Below, one piece after another: positions 35,835 through 48,294 of a DNA stretch of 64,000 nucleotides; the first letter of the stretch is position 1; every line of letters starts with the position of its first letter. The position numbers and the translations under genes are program-made. The stretch lies in assembly GCA_976226885.1 (NCBI GenBank), contig OZ320314.1, positions 41,292,001-41,356,000 of the forward strand, written 5' to 3'. The stretch is from Iphione sp. A-MEVVRFRX5. Taxonomy: Eukaryota. The notes under the pieces are model-generated. The model did not search any database and was not told the DNA's origin. It saw nothing but the letters and a program-made list of their open reading frames with translations.

Positions 35835-36189
35835 GGGTGGGGAGTTAGCTCAGTGGTAGAGCACTGGTCCACTGACTGAGAGGTTGCAGGTTCAATCCCA
35901 GGCCTAGGACTCCTGATCACAACCAGATAGATTTACTGTAGCCCAAACCCAGAGTGGTCCACAGCTCGTAAAAAGGCCGTGGGTGTATAGGATTCTGTCC
36001 CCTATGCACAAAAAGACCCCAGAAGCCTATTCAAAATAAGAGTAGGGGGAAACCCCAGGTATTCTGGTCTCTCAATTCTCAACAATAGATGGTAGTATGC
36101 TACCCCAGGAGGATATGGAAGATCCCTGTCGTATGATAGGTGAATATATTCCTGGTAAAAGATACAATGAAATGAAATGAAATGAAATG
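35835..36189 (+). mobile_element. tRNA-derived SINE with MetaSINE-like central domain and (AATGA)n tail
   Basis: A box TAGCTCAGTGG, B box GGTTCAATCC, no acceptor-stem closure. Body gtggtccac...aaaggccgtgg...ctgtc...tgca..aaaagaccc...aagagtagg resembles from memory the MetaSINE core. (AATGA)n tail at 36166-36189. Confidence 0.75.
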
Positions 36190-39100
36190 TCTAAGGTTTG
36201 AATGAACCAATTGTGTCATGGAGCTCTATGAGGCTTGGCCATTGTTTACCATTAATTGTCTTTGAATGCTGGAATCACTGAAAATGTTGCACATTTCATT
36301 TCTATACGTGTATGTTTCACCATTCAGCGAGGACACATTAATGGAAAATGTTTTAGTGCTTCCAGCAGTAAGAAACACGTGAAGCTGGACATTATCCAAG
36401 GGATAGGTCAATTGAGCGAATTCGGATCTTCAGCTAATAGGGCCGACCACCGGCATCTGTACACTACGCGCACCTGCGTGGCATCACTTGGCCCGCACCG
36501 CCATCTAGTGGTAGATGGCGAGGTGTTTCTTCCCACCTGTCATTGACAGGAGCTTGACGTCTAAGCAACTCGCCCAGTTTCTATTACTTAAGATAATAAC
36601 CCATCAAGGCGACCAGCGTCAGACGTTCTTGAGGCAGATCTAGCGATGTTGTAATAGACTGGAGACCGTCTGCACACTGCAGTAAACACGGCTATTGGCT
36701 TGCCACAATCATGCTGTATTTATGATCCAAACATGCTAAAAAGGAGAACTCACTAGTACAAACGAGAACATAACTAGAGTATTTACTTTTCCTGTCCAAA
36801 CGTCTCGTTATATAAATAACCTGGGGCAAGCGTTATGTAAAACAGCCCCATTAGTATGTCTTTGCATACTCCCTGCCCTGCTCAGACAGGAAGGTCTGCA
36901 GCAGTCATTAATGTTGTATAAGACTACAGTCATTCGACGTTATTGCTTCCTAATTAACTATATGCATTACGAACCACGTGACTGTTCATCAAGGTAGGAC
37001 TATAAGGATCTAGAGGTAAGGATTACGTTGAAGTGCACTAGCTGAGCCATTAAAAACATGATTTCCTAAAAGAGCATTATAGTCTGATACTGTAAACTGC
37101 TTCAGTTGTATAGATGGGGAATTGTACTTTGGATTATGAAACGGGAAGGAGACATATATAGTAACCACCCAAGTCACTCTTTTTGATGGAGTGAGGAAGA
37201 AGAGACGGGTGAAAGTATATGTATAAATACAAGTAACGACAAATTAAGTCTATCTTCATAAGTAAACGAGTCAGTCAACATAATTGGAGAGTTATACATG
37301 TACATGTATTACGTAAATCTAATAGCTCCTTACGTTCCAGTGTCATTTAGACGCTGGAGTAAGTATTATATACTGAAACACGGAACAAAGCGAGGTAGTG
37401 AGGACACTTGGTTGGCTACTGCACCAATCTAGGCGGAAATCTGAAGGGGCATGGTGGCCATTATATCCATAATATATATCCATCCATAGGGTGATTCTAT
37501 TAAAATTCACATGCTTAACTCGTGGAATTTTGTACATGAATAACAAAGCCCCCTTTCTATAATGAAATACCTTCAAGACTTACCTCCACACACACATCAC
37601 ATTCAATGGTAGTATGGGACGTTTACAAACTCATAATGCTTCTGTTGATTGTTCTCTCCGCTTCAAACATACTTTAGGCTGCTACCGTCTTAAGCTTAAG
37701 TAGGTTTTGTAAATCTAATAGCCTTTCGGAACTGTCTTCGTTCGTGTTGGGACAAGGCTATGGATGCGATATCTCAGGGAAACCTGCAATGGCCATGCCT
37801 GTTCTTTTGTGGCTTGCTGAAACACTTCTTCCCAGCGTGTTTAGAGGAGGTCTCTCCATTTTGAAATAACACGGGCCGAAAGATAGCTCTTTAAGGGGCC
37901 AGTGATCATGTGACACATTGAGCGCACACTAGAGGGCAGTTGCCAATGAGGAAGGGAGTGGGGCGTAAAGAAGTCGTGAACTGAGTTAAGTCAATCCACC
38001 GTGTGCATACCTCAAGTCAACTGTCCGTCATGTGATCAGATATCAATAGGAAATTAGAGCGTATTATTCAAGTTTCGAATTGTCATTGTTGAAAATCCGC
38101 GTCAAAATACAATGCAGAGTGATGCGGTGAATAATCACATGAATTTCCAGTCTATGTATACTTGTATAAACAAAACCTCTGGAAACGAAAAAAATCCTCT
38201 GTTGTCTCAGTCTACCTTCTGCTAACCCACTTTTTAAAAAAATAACTAAAATAAAAGGAAACTTTTGATTCGAGGTTTCCCACAAAAAAAGTGATTACAC
38301 GAAATGCATCAACAGGCACTTCATAGACAGACTTTAGTTCCAAAATGTATTTTCGAGTGATGGTATCTCCAAATGGTAGTTATGCTTCATATAGACAATA
38401 TGAAGTTGTGGGATTCGTGAATAACAGACAAACATTGGTAATAGACAAAAATAGACATAAGTAAGTTTTGCATGGGAAATGTTGCACCATGGAATATTTT
38501 CCCAGTTTGGTACACTTTAGAGCTAAAATAAGAAACCTTATTTAAAAGAATCGAGTCGTGACAAGGCTAAGTGTAGAAAATAATCACTGAAAGTCATTTC
38601 GACTCAAACATCCTTGAAGAGAGTAGCTGCTATCATAATATCGAATACTGTATTGCATACTTTTAAGAGGGCGTCGCCATGGGTGGAGTTCACATGTTAA
38701 CTAGCTCCATATTTAGTGCAGTAGACTCTCACCAGTGCTACCACTCGACAATAAGGAGAACCCTTCCACCAGAGCCCATTGACATGAAATAAAAGAAAAA
38801 ATATCTAAGGAGGAGGTTAGCTCTGCATTAAGGGCAAAGTGTGGGTCGCATTAGATGGTTGTTACTGTGTATCGATATACCTAGTGCTATATTTCAGACA
38901 TCCCCTTACCATGATCAAGGTTAGAGGCTTTTCTGCATATCCACCTAGCTGCTCATCCCTAGCTTGGCCATTGTTGAGCACCCGACTCATTCCTTAGATC
39001 CAACCCTTGAGTTATTGATGGCTGAGATTATCATTTAGATGCAGAGTCGTCTACCTACCCTAAAACGAATCCACCTAGATCCGTTGCAGTGCTACAGTCA

Positions 39101-42100
39101 GATCGACGGTATCGTTTCTATTCATATCTCCTGCCGCGTCGTCGGTTTAAAGCTGTGCATGGGACCGAATTGGTAGGTGCAAGAGAGAACAATAGCGTTA
39201 ATCAGCATTGCTTGGTGGGTTCCCCCATTAAGCTGCCAGAGACTATAACCATGTTGTTAATCACCTACGGGGCCAGACTGCCACTAAAACTTTGTATACA
39301 TACAGAGGCTATCAATGACGATTTTTGTATGAGTCATCGATGCCTTGTTTTTATGGACGGGTAGGCTCTATAGATTGCTGCTATACTTGTTATATAACAT
39401 TTTACTTGATGCGCGTTGGACCTTGTTATAATGTTAAAGACATACAGAATCACCACTGTAAGTCCTTCCCCACGCTCAATGAGAAGGTGAGTTGATAAGG
39501 GCTCACGGATGTGTATCCAGTGATATTTTACATAGGAGCGTATGATTGTGCGTATACGTTACATACCTGTGTTATGCATATGTCTGTATACATGTATACC
39601 CGTGTATAATTTACCATGACACTCTTCTTTTGTATAATACCCATTTCCCTTTCAACTCTATCCACTGCCTTCGTTTCCGCCGCGAAAATCATCGTATTCG
39701 CATAGGCAATGACAATCTCAGTTGTCATTACATTGCCTCATCACGCCCAATATCAAAAGCAGGCGCTCCGTACGGCTTGAATATGCGGCATGGAGAAGAC
39801 GAGCAGAGGGCTCCTTTCACGATGCTTGTCTACCCGCACAGCTGCAGATGAGTTTGCTCTACGATGGTGCAGGGAACTCTATGGGATTTCTGGTTTCCAG
39901 GATCCAGTGGAAAAAGCAGTCTAAATTGACAAGGGAATGAGGCATATGTCCTGTTTCCGAAATATGTACACGTCCTAAAGAATGTAGTCCGAAACGCATC
40001 TATACATGTACAGTCTAGACATATGTATTCGTTTAGGATAAGGTAGCTACATGTATATGATTATGAAAGAGAGAAAAGAATGGTATTACTTACAAGAAAG
40101 AATGATGATACATGTATCTTGAAATGTGGTGACATTTTGTCGGTAAAATATAACAAAAAACAATCTATATATTAATAAGGTTACAATAACGCACACTTGC
40201 AGCGTACTTTGAATCCCTCTTACCAAGGACCAACAAAAACGGGTCTTTTTACCAGTACCGCTTTCAAATTGGATACCATTCTGTAAAGAAGAAGCAGTGT
40301 TATGGATGGCACCTTAAACCTTAAATTTGTAAGAATTTTCCTGAAGATTTAGGAAATGGAGGAGCTTTACTTCTTTTTTCATCCTTGAACTGGTAACGCT
40401 GAGGCGATCCACCCTTTTGTAAGAATCTAAATATAGTACACATGCTCTCAGAGTCTCGACGACTAATTTTAACGTTTCCAACCGTGCAATTTACCAATCT
40501 TCGCATTATTTACATCATTTGCCTTCCCATGCAGCCGGTAGGAAAACTCCAAATAGGAGTCATTTCTCTGTCACCAGAAGATAAATTCCCCACTCGATAA
40601 CATGGCTTTTGGACAAAAATGTCGTCCGCTGGCACGTGTCACGTGACCTGTAGGTTGCGCCATGACAATGACGACTGCTGCAACCCGGTTGCCAAGGGAT
40701 GCAATATTTGCCGCTCTTACGACGTAGGAATAATCTAGGATAGAGACATGGACAAGGACCGGCAACGGTAGGGGTGAAAGAATGGGATATCCTCGTAACG
40801 AAGGTGTTTTGGTAATATGTATACGTCGGCTACATGTGTAAACTGAAACATGAAAAAATTGGTGTGAATATCTATGTCTGGTTTCCTCTTAAGCAGTAAT
40901 ATTTTATATTTACTGGTTGTTTGTGTTGGTGCCAATATACTGGGTCCTCTTCCCTTGTGTACAGGTCTCTGGACACCACACGATAACGATTTAATGTGAG
41001 AGAATGAAAATGAAGTACATAAAAATAACAGCTATGTAGAACAATTATATAGATCATGAAACAAAAGCATTGTAAAATTCGAAACTTCCTGGTCTCTATT
41101 ACATCTACAATGTACATAGAGATACACAACTATATATGCATGGGACCTATATTAGGGTATTACACTCTTGTGTTCGTTTTGTTGCAATTAGGATTTACTG
41201 CCTCACATCGATCATGTATAGTTCTTTAATAAAGGCTTGCATTTATAATTTACTAATTTCAACTGGAAAAATGGTATCAACAATCACTGCATCACGACGA
41301 CAAGGGTCCAGCAATGATTCATCGCCCTGAAGGCCCCCTACTAAAACTTTGTTAATATATTCATACACTGAAATTCTGGAGTGATACGACATATTAAGAA
41401 TTTAAAGACATAATGAAATGTGATCACGGTGTATACGGACCTGTGATCTGCATGGAAATTAATAGAGAACTGTTGGCGACGGAGGCAAGTACAAAAAGAT
41501 AATATAGGTTATGGTTGGAGGCGGGAGAACGTAGAGGACAGTTCGCGCTGGCCCCATTGTGGGTTGTTAGTCGTATCTCCGACTGGTCAGGCCCTTTTTG
41601 GCATTGATTGATGGTGGCCGCTGGCCCTCTGTACAAGGCCTGGATAGGGTGTTCTGGTCAGCAATAGGAGTGGTGCATCGGCCTCATCTAACCTTGTGAC
41701 CCGCCCATCCCCAGATCCTTCCACGGTGGTGCGAGGTCCCCTACCAATCGTGCAGGTTGCTGTGTTCCTGCCCCCACCGGCTCCTCATGCCTTTTTATAT
41801 TACTGCCTCATTACCTGTCTGTCGTGCGTGTCTCTCTTTCAGACTTTCTGTCTCTTTCCCTCTGGCTCTCTCACGCGTTTGCCTCTGTTTTGGCGGCATT
41901 ATTTCACACTTTGAGACTCATCTCACTGCATCTTCAACCTTTTTGCGAGGTTCCTGTAAGAATTCTGGTTAGGTCTCTGCACATCTCACTATAAGGAGTT
42001 TTTTTCTATGCCGCCGCCAAATCTGTTCCAGTTATATTTCGACTCCTCTAACCACCAGTGTGATCCATATAAAGTATGTCTCCGCCGCCAACCCTATCAT

Positions 42101-45100
42101 GAGTCATCGTTTTACTATCACCCCCTCCCCACTCCTCCCATGCACCTCTATAGGAAGCCGTAGGATCTCCCCTCAACCCGACGTACCGAAAGTACTTCAT
42201 CGTCGATCCAGAATATCCCACCCACACCCGTCATGGATACCCCTACCTTCCTACCCCTCCCCCTCGGTCTCCTGCCCCTTCCTGTCCACCAATATCCCAA
42301 GCCCATCTTTATACCTCCCGCCTAGCCACCTACTCCTTTCCTACCCCCACCCACCCAGTCCCACCAAAACACACCCTTCCCGTGATCCTTCTCAGTCGGA
42401 CCAATTGCAAAATCAATGCCCTCACGGGACACTCCTCTCGCGAGATCTCGCGGGACCTTGTTGTAGCTGCAGTGCCCCCTCACATCCAAGCTATGAACCA
42501 GCTGGAATGTCCTAATTGTTGCTGTATGACGTCACGCGAAACGTTTGCGCTACGCGTTCGTATGATGTCACGTCTCGTTCTAACATCGAGCTTGAAGGAC
42601 GCGCCGACTTGAGACTTGCTGGTTGGCCGAAAAACGAGAACCCCTCCCCCCCCGTGAAGTCCTTTATCGTGGAACGCGCCAAGTCCATTCAGTAGATTTC
42701 TCCAGGGGCCACATAGCAGCACGTGGTACACCTCCACCATTACCGAGTGGATCCTGTCTCTCCGGCCTGATTCGGGATAATTCAGATTTGTGTACAGATT
42801 AAATGACCGCAGGGTCATTAAGGTAATCCCAAAATAAATGAGAATTACTGAGGGGAACGTTAATTCTGATTAGCAACAGTTTTCCATTACAGCTGCCGCC
42901 ACAGAGCTTTTGTCTAGTGTCTGCCTTTATAGTTGTTTGACACCTACACCAGCACCTTGTGCAAAAATAAGCAGAGCTTACTATACCGGTCCAATGATGG
43001 TAAGGAGAACGTGTGAAAACGGTACGCGACGTGTTCATAATGTGAATATTACTAAGACAATGATGTAATATATTTTGCGCCGTATTACACTTGTATAATC
43101 TAGCTTAATGTAAAAGAAATTCAAACCCATCGCACTCCAAATCGATTTTTAAACATCATTTTCTACATAACCGCTGTTGTTCTAAGGCAGTGGCTAATAA
43201 CACTATTTATTACGTCTAAATCGGTCTTACTAGAATTTGAATGGTGCAGGAGCCAGGTGACGCAGACTATGATAAAACGAATGTGTATATCTTGGGATGC
43301 ATTCTATAAAACACTTTTGTTATGAACATATCAGTATGTTGATACAAATAAAGATGAGAAATTTTTAATACTATCCATATGCTGTAGTTAATTGTAGTGG
43401 CTACATTTACACATACTCTTGGACATTTTTTCTTTTCTCTAAATATCATTAAATGTTTAAAGGAATTAGAAAACTATAAAAACCTTATTCATTTATTTCT
43501 ATAAACACTATTGATGTTAGTGTTAATAAATGTATACATATATAAAACGGTGTTGGATAAAAAGCGCTTGTTTTAGCATGTGGGTTTTGCATAATTCCCT
43601 TATTTGGGGTATATAACTTCATAGAAAGAAGCAAAGTTCTGAATGCATATTCTGCCAAACAGACGCGGAACAAAGCCTGGTGTCAATTTTGACACTTTTC
43701 ATCATATGGACACGTTGAGACACAACACGGTAGCATTCAGGAAGAGAAGAGGTATTGCCACGCTCATCACATTGTGAATTTTTTTTACTAACAGCAGCCC
43801 CGGGCGGTCGAACAATGATCATATTACGTGGCTGACACCCAGGAAATAACAGTAGGGATAGACACCTGTTCAATTCTCTAACTCTCGTTACCGGAGTGTA
43901 CATAGACCCGCCTATGGGAGAAATTCCATCTATTAAGGTCTTGGTTATGATTTATGGTCATTTATATAGGACTCCTAACTCCCACGTACTGTAGAACCTC
44001 GGAACTTTGGACAGATTTTGTTCCCAGTAAAATGGTCCCCATTCATGATACGTCCCCAGTCCTAAGAGGTACAAGAACTAATGGATAACAGCCTTGGTTC
44101 CAAAGGGTGTCTTGTGTTCGGGGGCGTGGCAATTCCAGTTTTACTCTATGCGACAAGGTGTTGAGCGAGTTTAGTTGAGGGTAAAACTGCAACACGAACT
44201 CGAAGATATTACGTCAGAACTATCAAGTGCTGATTGTAAGCAAATCATAACGTGGCTGTTTGGTACTATCTTAAAGTGAAAGAGGATCGAGCCAGCTTCC
44301 CCTGCATACATTTCAGGAACGGAAATACATGTATCAATAATACAGCTTTATAGTGAACGAAACTTACGAAAGGTGGCAGTGTAGTCAAAGGCGTCGCTAA
44401 TTGATAGCTCTGCCCTCGGAGCATGAATTAATATGGCGGCTTGCGGACCAATTGATGGAGAGTTTGTCACTTCCTTACGCCGCCCCAGGGACAGTCTGGT
44501 CGACGTTTGTTGATCCAAGCAGCATCTCGCTAAAAGCTCCCCTTTTTGTACATCTCTGTCGCTCTTTCCTCTTACTGTCGTGCGGCCGGGGGGATCTTAC
44601 ATATATGTTTTCAGAAAGGTGTGTTGATAACCTTCATGTGTGCAATGCCTATGACTAGTGGGCTTCATAGGCCGGTTGCATGAACAGTTTACCCCTATTA
44701 AGCGTTATGCTTATGAAGAAACAGTTTATTGCATTTGCCTAATTTCATATAAATCAGAACATAATTGGACATTTTCCAGAAATCAACCTATCTTTGCTAG
44801 CACATACTGTGGTAAATGACTAAATTTATGTTCTAAATTCCACATGAGAAGTATTTTTTGGAAGGATGAAACGTTTGTCTTTTCACCGAAATAATGTCTT
44901 TCTCGTGAATGAAAAGTATCTCAGAATACCTTTGACTATCCATACCGTTTAAACATGTGTCAATGCAGTTCTCATAATTACCGGTTTGGTTCGAACATGC
45001 ATTTGCCTACCCATTTAAAGAAGGAAAAAGTAACAGTTAAAAAAAATAATTTCATTGACTGAAATGTTTCACTTGAACCAGAAATGAACCGTCTGTTTAA

Positions 45101-45603
45101 AGGGCTAGTTCGGGACTTAATGTCCATGGTGTGGTTCCCAGATGTTCGCACCATAATTAGAGATTCTATTCATTTTATGTTGGATATTCTATCAGCCATT
45201 AATAGGAGAGACATCGCATTACACACTAAAATAGTTTTGGTTTTAACATGTTAATGAGGTGACAACCAACTACAAATACTAAAGTATTAACACTGTCTAT
45301 AAGCTGGCGTTGATTGCATTAACCTATACTATGAAATATCAAAACCATCCACCTATTCCTGTAAACGCTATTACATTTTCATTGACAGATAAACATGTAT
45401 AAGATGTGATACATAAAAATAAATACTTATTTTTACGATACAACCTTCAGGTAAGAACATCTTTCATAGTATAATATGTCTGTCGGAGAATCTCGAAACA
45501 TATTCAATTGAAGAATCCAATCTATGTGCATCTACAACTGTGAGCACAATAGAAGTTAATGATAGGAGTACATAATACACCATAGCTATATTGACACCTC
45601 TTA

Positions 45604-46184
45604 GGCCTGGTTTCCATGAGACTGGATGTAACCAGGATGGTCTAGAGATTTGGCAGGTTTTCTGGACAACCATGGACGACCACAGACACTTGCTTTCCAT
45701 GTGTCTGGATATACAGTTTGGTCTCTTCTCCTTTGTATGTATGTGTGTGTGTTTGTGAAGCGTCAAGCATATCTGTGAAAACTGTGTGTTTTTAGTAGAA
45801 ATTGAAGACTATCTGTAGAATTTGGGCATTTTATTATGGAAATTGTATATTGCATACTTGTGGAATTTGTGGAAACTGAAACATATTTGTGGAAGTTGTG
45901 CATTTTATGCAAAATATATGTAAATTAGATATTTTACATCATCTAACATACGTTAGGTAGTTTCTTTTTGCCCTGGCCTGAGAATAACCACTACTTTTAT
46001 GCTACTAGTGAGTCCTGAGTCCAGAGAGATTTACAGACAGTGCTTGTTTTTGAACACCAGATTCTGGACCCCAGACTCTGGACATGTACGCATGGAAACA
46101 GTCTAGTCCTGGGTAACATTACTTTTTTCTAGAAGCACATACCTGGAATCTGGAGGAAAAGTCTAGATAGATGGACACTGGGCC
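45604..46184. mobile_element. PIF/Harbinger-like MITE, diverged relative of 14876-15510
   Basis: TTA|GGCCTGGTTTCCATG left end; right end atggacactgggcc (11/14 to left) followed by ttc. Shares internal gctttccatgtgt, GT tract and gtggaa..ttgtgca...atatg.aaatta block with the 14876 element. Confidence 0.6.
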
Positions 46185-46286
46185 TTCAAGGGGCATACAT
46201 TTACTAGAAAAGAGATACAGTATCTACTTGATATTGCATACAGTTCTGATGATATGCACTAACAGATGAATTATGTCTGGTATTAA

Positions 46287-46867
46287 GGCCCGGTTTCCAT
46301 ACATGTGGTGATGTCCATGAGTATTGATATGCATTGCCTTGCATTATTAACAGTATATAGTGAAACAATGAGACAGTTTCCATATCTGTGGTGGCCGTCT
46401 GTGTGCCTGGCCATGCGTTGCCATGTGTTGCCCATTTTTGGTCCAGGTCCATAAACTTGCTGCAAATGCATGGCAACACACTCCAATGCACTCATATTTC
46501 TTCATTTTTACTCACTTTTCCTCATTTTTCAACATGATTTATGATATGTCTGCACATGTCCACACATGTCAGTCCTTTACAGCACTTTTTCCCCATCATT
46601 TTTGCTGATTTTGGCAGCTTTCGGCATCGTATTTGTCCTTTTTCATCATTTTTCCCATCATTTTTCCTTATTTGGGCGGCTTTTAGCATCATTTCTGTCC
46701 TTTTTCTTAATATCTCCTGTCATTCACACACAACAACGCATACACATTGATGGACACCCCTGTGCATCGCCAAGCAGTAAAAGTACAATGTATACAAATG
46801 CACTGGAAATGCACATGGATGTCTTCCACACTTCACCACACCTTGCCATAGGTATGGAAACTGGGCC
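46287..46867. mobile_element. PIF/Harbinger-like MITE (581 bp)
   Basis: 16-bp TIRs ggcccggtttccatac / gtatggaaactgggcc (15/16); TAA TSD at 46284-46286 and 46868-46870. Confidence 0.8.
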
Positions 46868-48213
46868 TAACTCTCTTCATGTGGGTCTAAAGGATGACAA
46901 AGGGTCTGATGTTTCCCGGGAGTAATAATCTAACTTGCTAACATAAAAAAGCATACTAAAGCAGAATCACTGTACTAAATATAAAATCATTATTCGTTCT
47001 TTGAACGTCCATTTTCCCAGTTGCAGTGCACCTTTTCATGTGTATGCATGTGGCTAAAGTGCAAATAACCAGAAAAGAAACTACATGTATTAAATGGAAA
47101 CTACTTGAAACATTTTGCTCTGCGAATTGCAATGGTGTAATCAACAGACCTGCAATGAAGGAAACAAACTTTAACATTGATTACCTAAAATAAGCCTTCC
47201 CAAGGGTGGGGAAAGAAGGCACAAAAGAAATGAGAAAATCGCAGTCAAGAGGTGATGACGAGCTTCGAAAAACCGGGTGAAAAATTGGGAATAAATGTTT
47301 GAAGTTTCTGGCAGAATGAAGACGTTGTCCGAGCAAAAACAATATGAGTGCTTTAATTATCCATGCGGTTCACTTAATTGTTTAAGAGCTCCCCCTGGTG
47401 TTGATTAAAGGAAGTAAGAAGGCCGTAGTGCTGGGATTGATGTAATCTTCCACCTTAAAGTGGTTAGTAAGCAACCATGTGGTCGCGTGCCATTTTCTGT
47501 CCATGGCAAAATTGTTTTTTCTCAAACATATTTTGTATCAGGCTTTCAGAGGGGAAAAACAACGTTTGAAGGCAATGTGCTTTAGAAGACACCTGGTCGG
47601 TTAGACGCTAGGAGGCATCTTGTACAAGTATTGACATAAACGGACAGGAAGCCTATCCAATTAGGCAATAGAGGCAGTCAACAGGTCAGAGCCATGGCTT
47701 CTGGCTCCTGGGTGGGCCTTACGGTAAAAGGTGTATGTAAGTACTCCATGTATTTGATTGCAGATACACAATGTCGCTTCGTAGGCATAAGCGTCCAACA
47801 GTCCCCAGATTGCATTGGCGATGGTGCTAGGCCACTTAAACCTCTAGGGAGGTCCCATGACCGGTTTTGTTGGAGGAGAAGGCAGAGAAAAGAGGAAGAG
47901 TGGGAAGAGAGAGGGAAGGGGTTTGAGGCTGGGTGGCTGTCGTCCACCGCCGGTTCGACGAGCGACAACAAGCGGTTGTCACGGCCGGGCGGGCACGCGT
48001 GACAACCCTGGAGCAGGCGGTCACCGCTGGCTGGCCCCTGCCCGCCATGTCCCCTACAAAACACCCACCCGCCGCCCCGGGGATCAAAGCACTGGAGCTT
48101 AGCAGTGGCACGGACGTCATGACAACCTCCCAGGCTTTGGAGATCAGGGCGGGAGCTGGGGTCAATAGGGTGTCTGTCTTTTGTGATGTAGTTTGGCAGT
48201 ATTGGTCTTGTAC

Positions 48214-48294
48214 ACGGAGAAAAACCAACCTCTTTGGTGTTCCCTGTTCCATTCGTACAGTATGCCAGAAAAGCCAATCCAATATGACTTGCAT
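48214..48294 (-). pseudogene. Possible RTE-like LINE C-terminal fragment
   Basis: LDWLFWHTVRMEQGTPKRLVF resembles the RTE motif LRW.GHV.RM...R.PK.+. Confidence 0.3.

Noticed and set aside
35839-35910. tRNA gene
   Set aside because: A and B boxes present but no acceptor stem or anticodon arm; followed by a SINE body and tail.
39080-39364. GPCR-like hydrophobic fragments (ERTIALISIAWWVP)
   Set aside because: Many stops and no DRY/NPxxY-type anchors.
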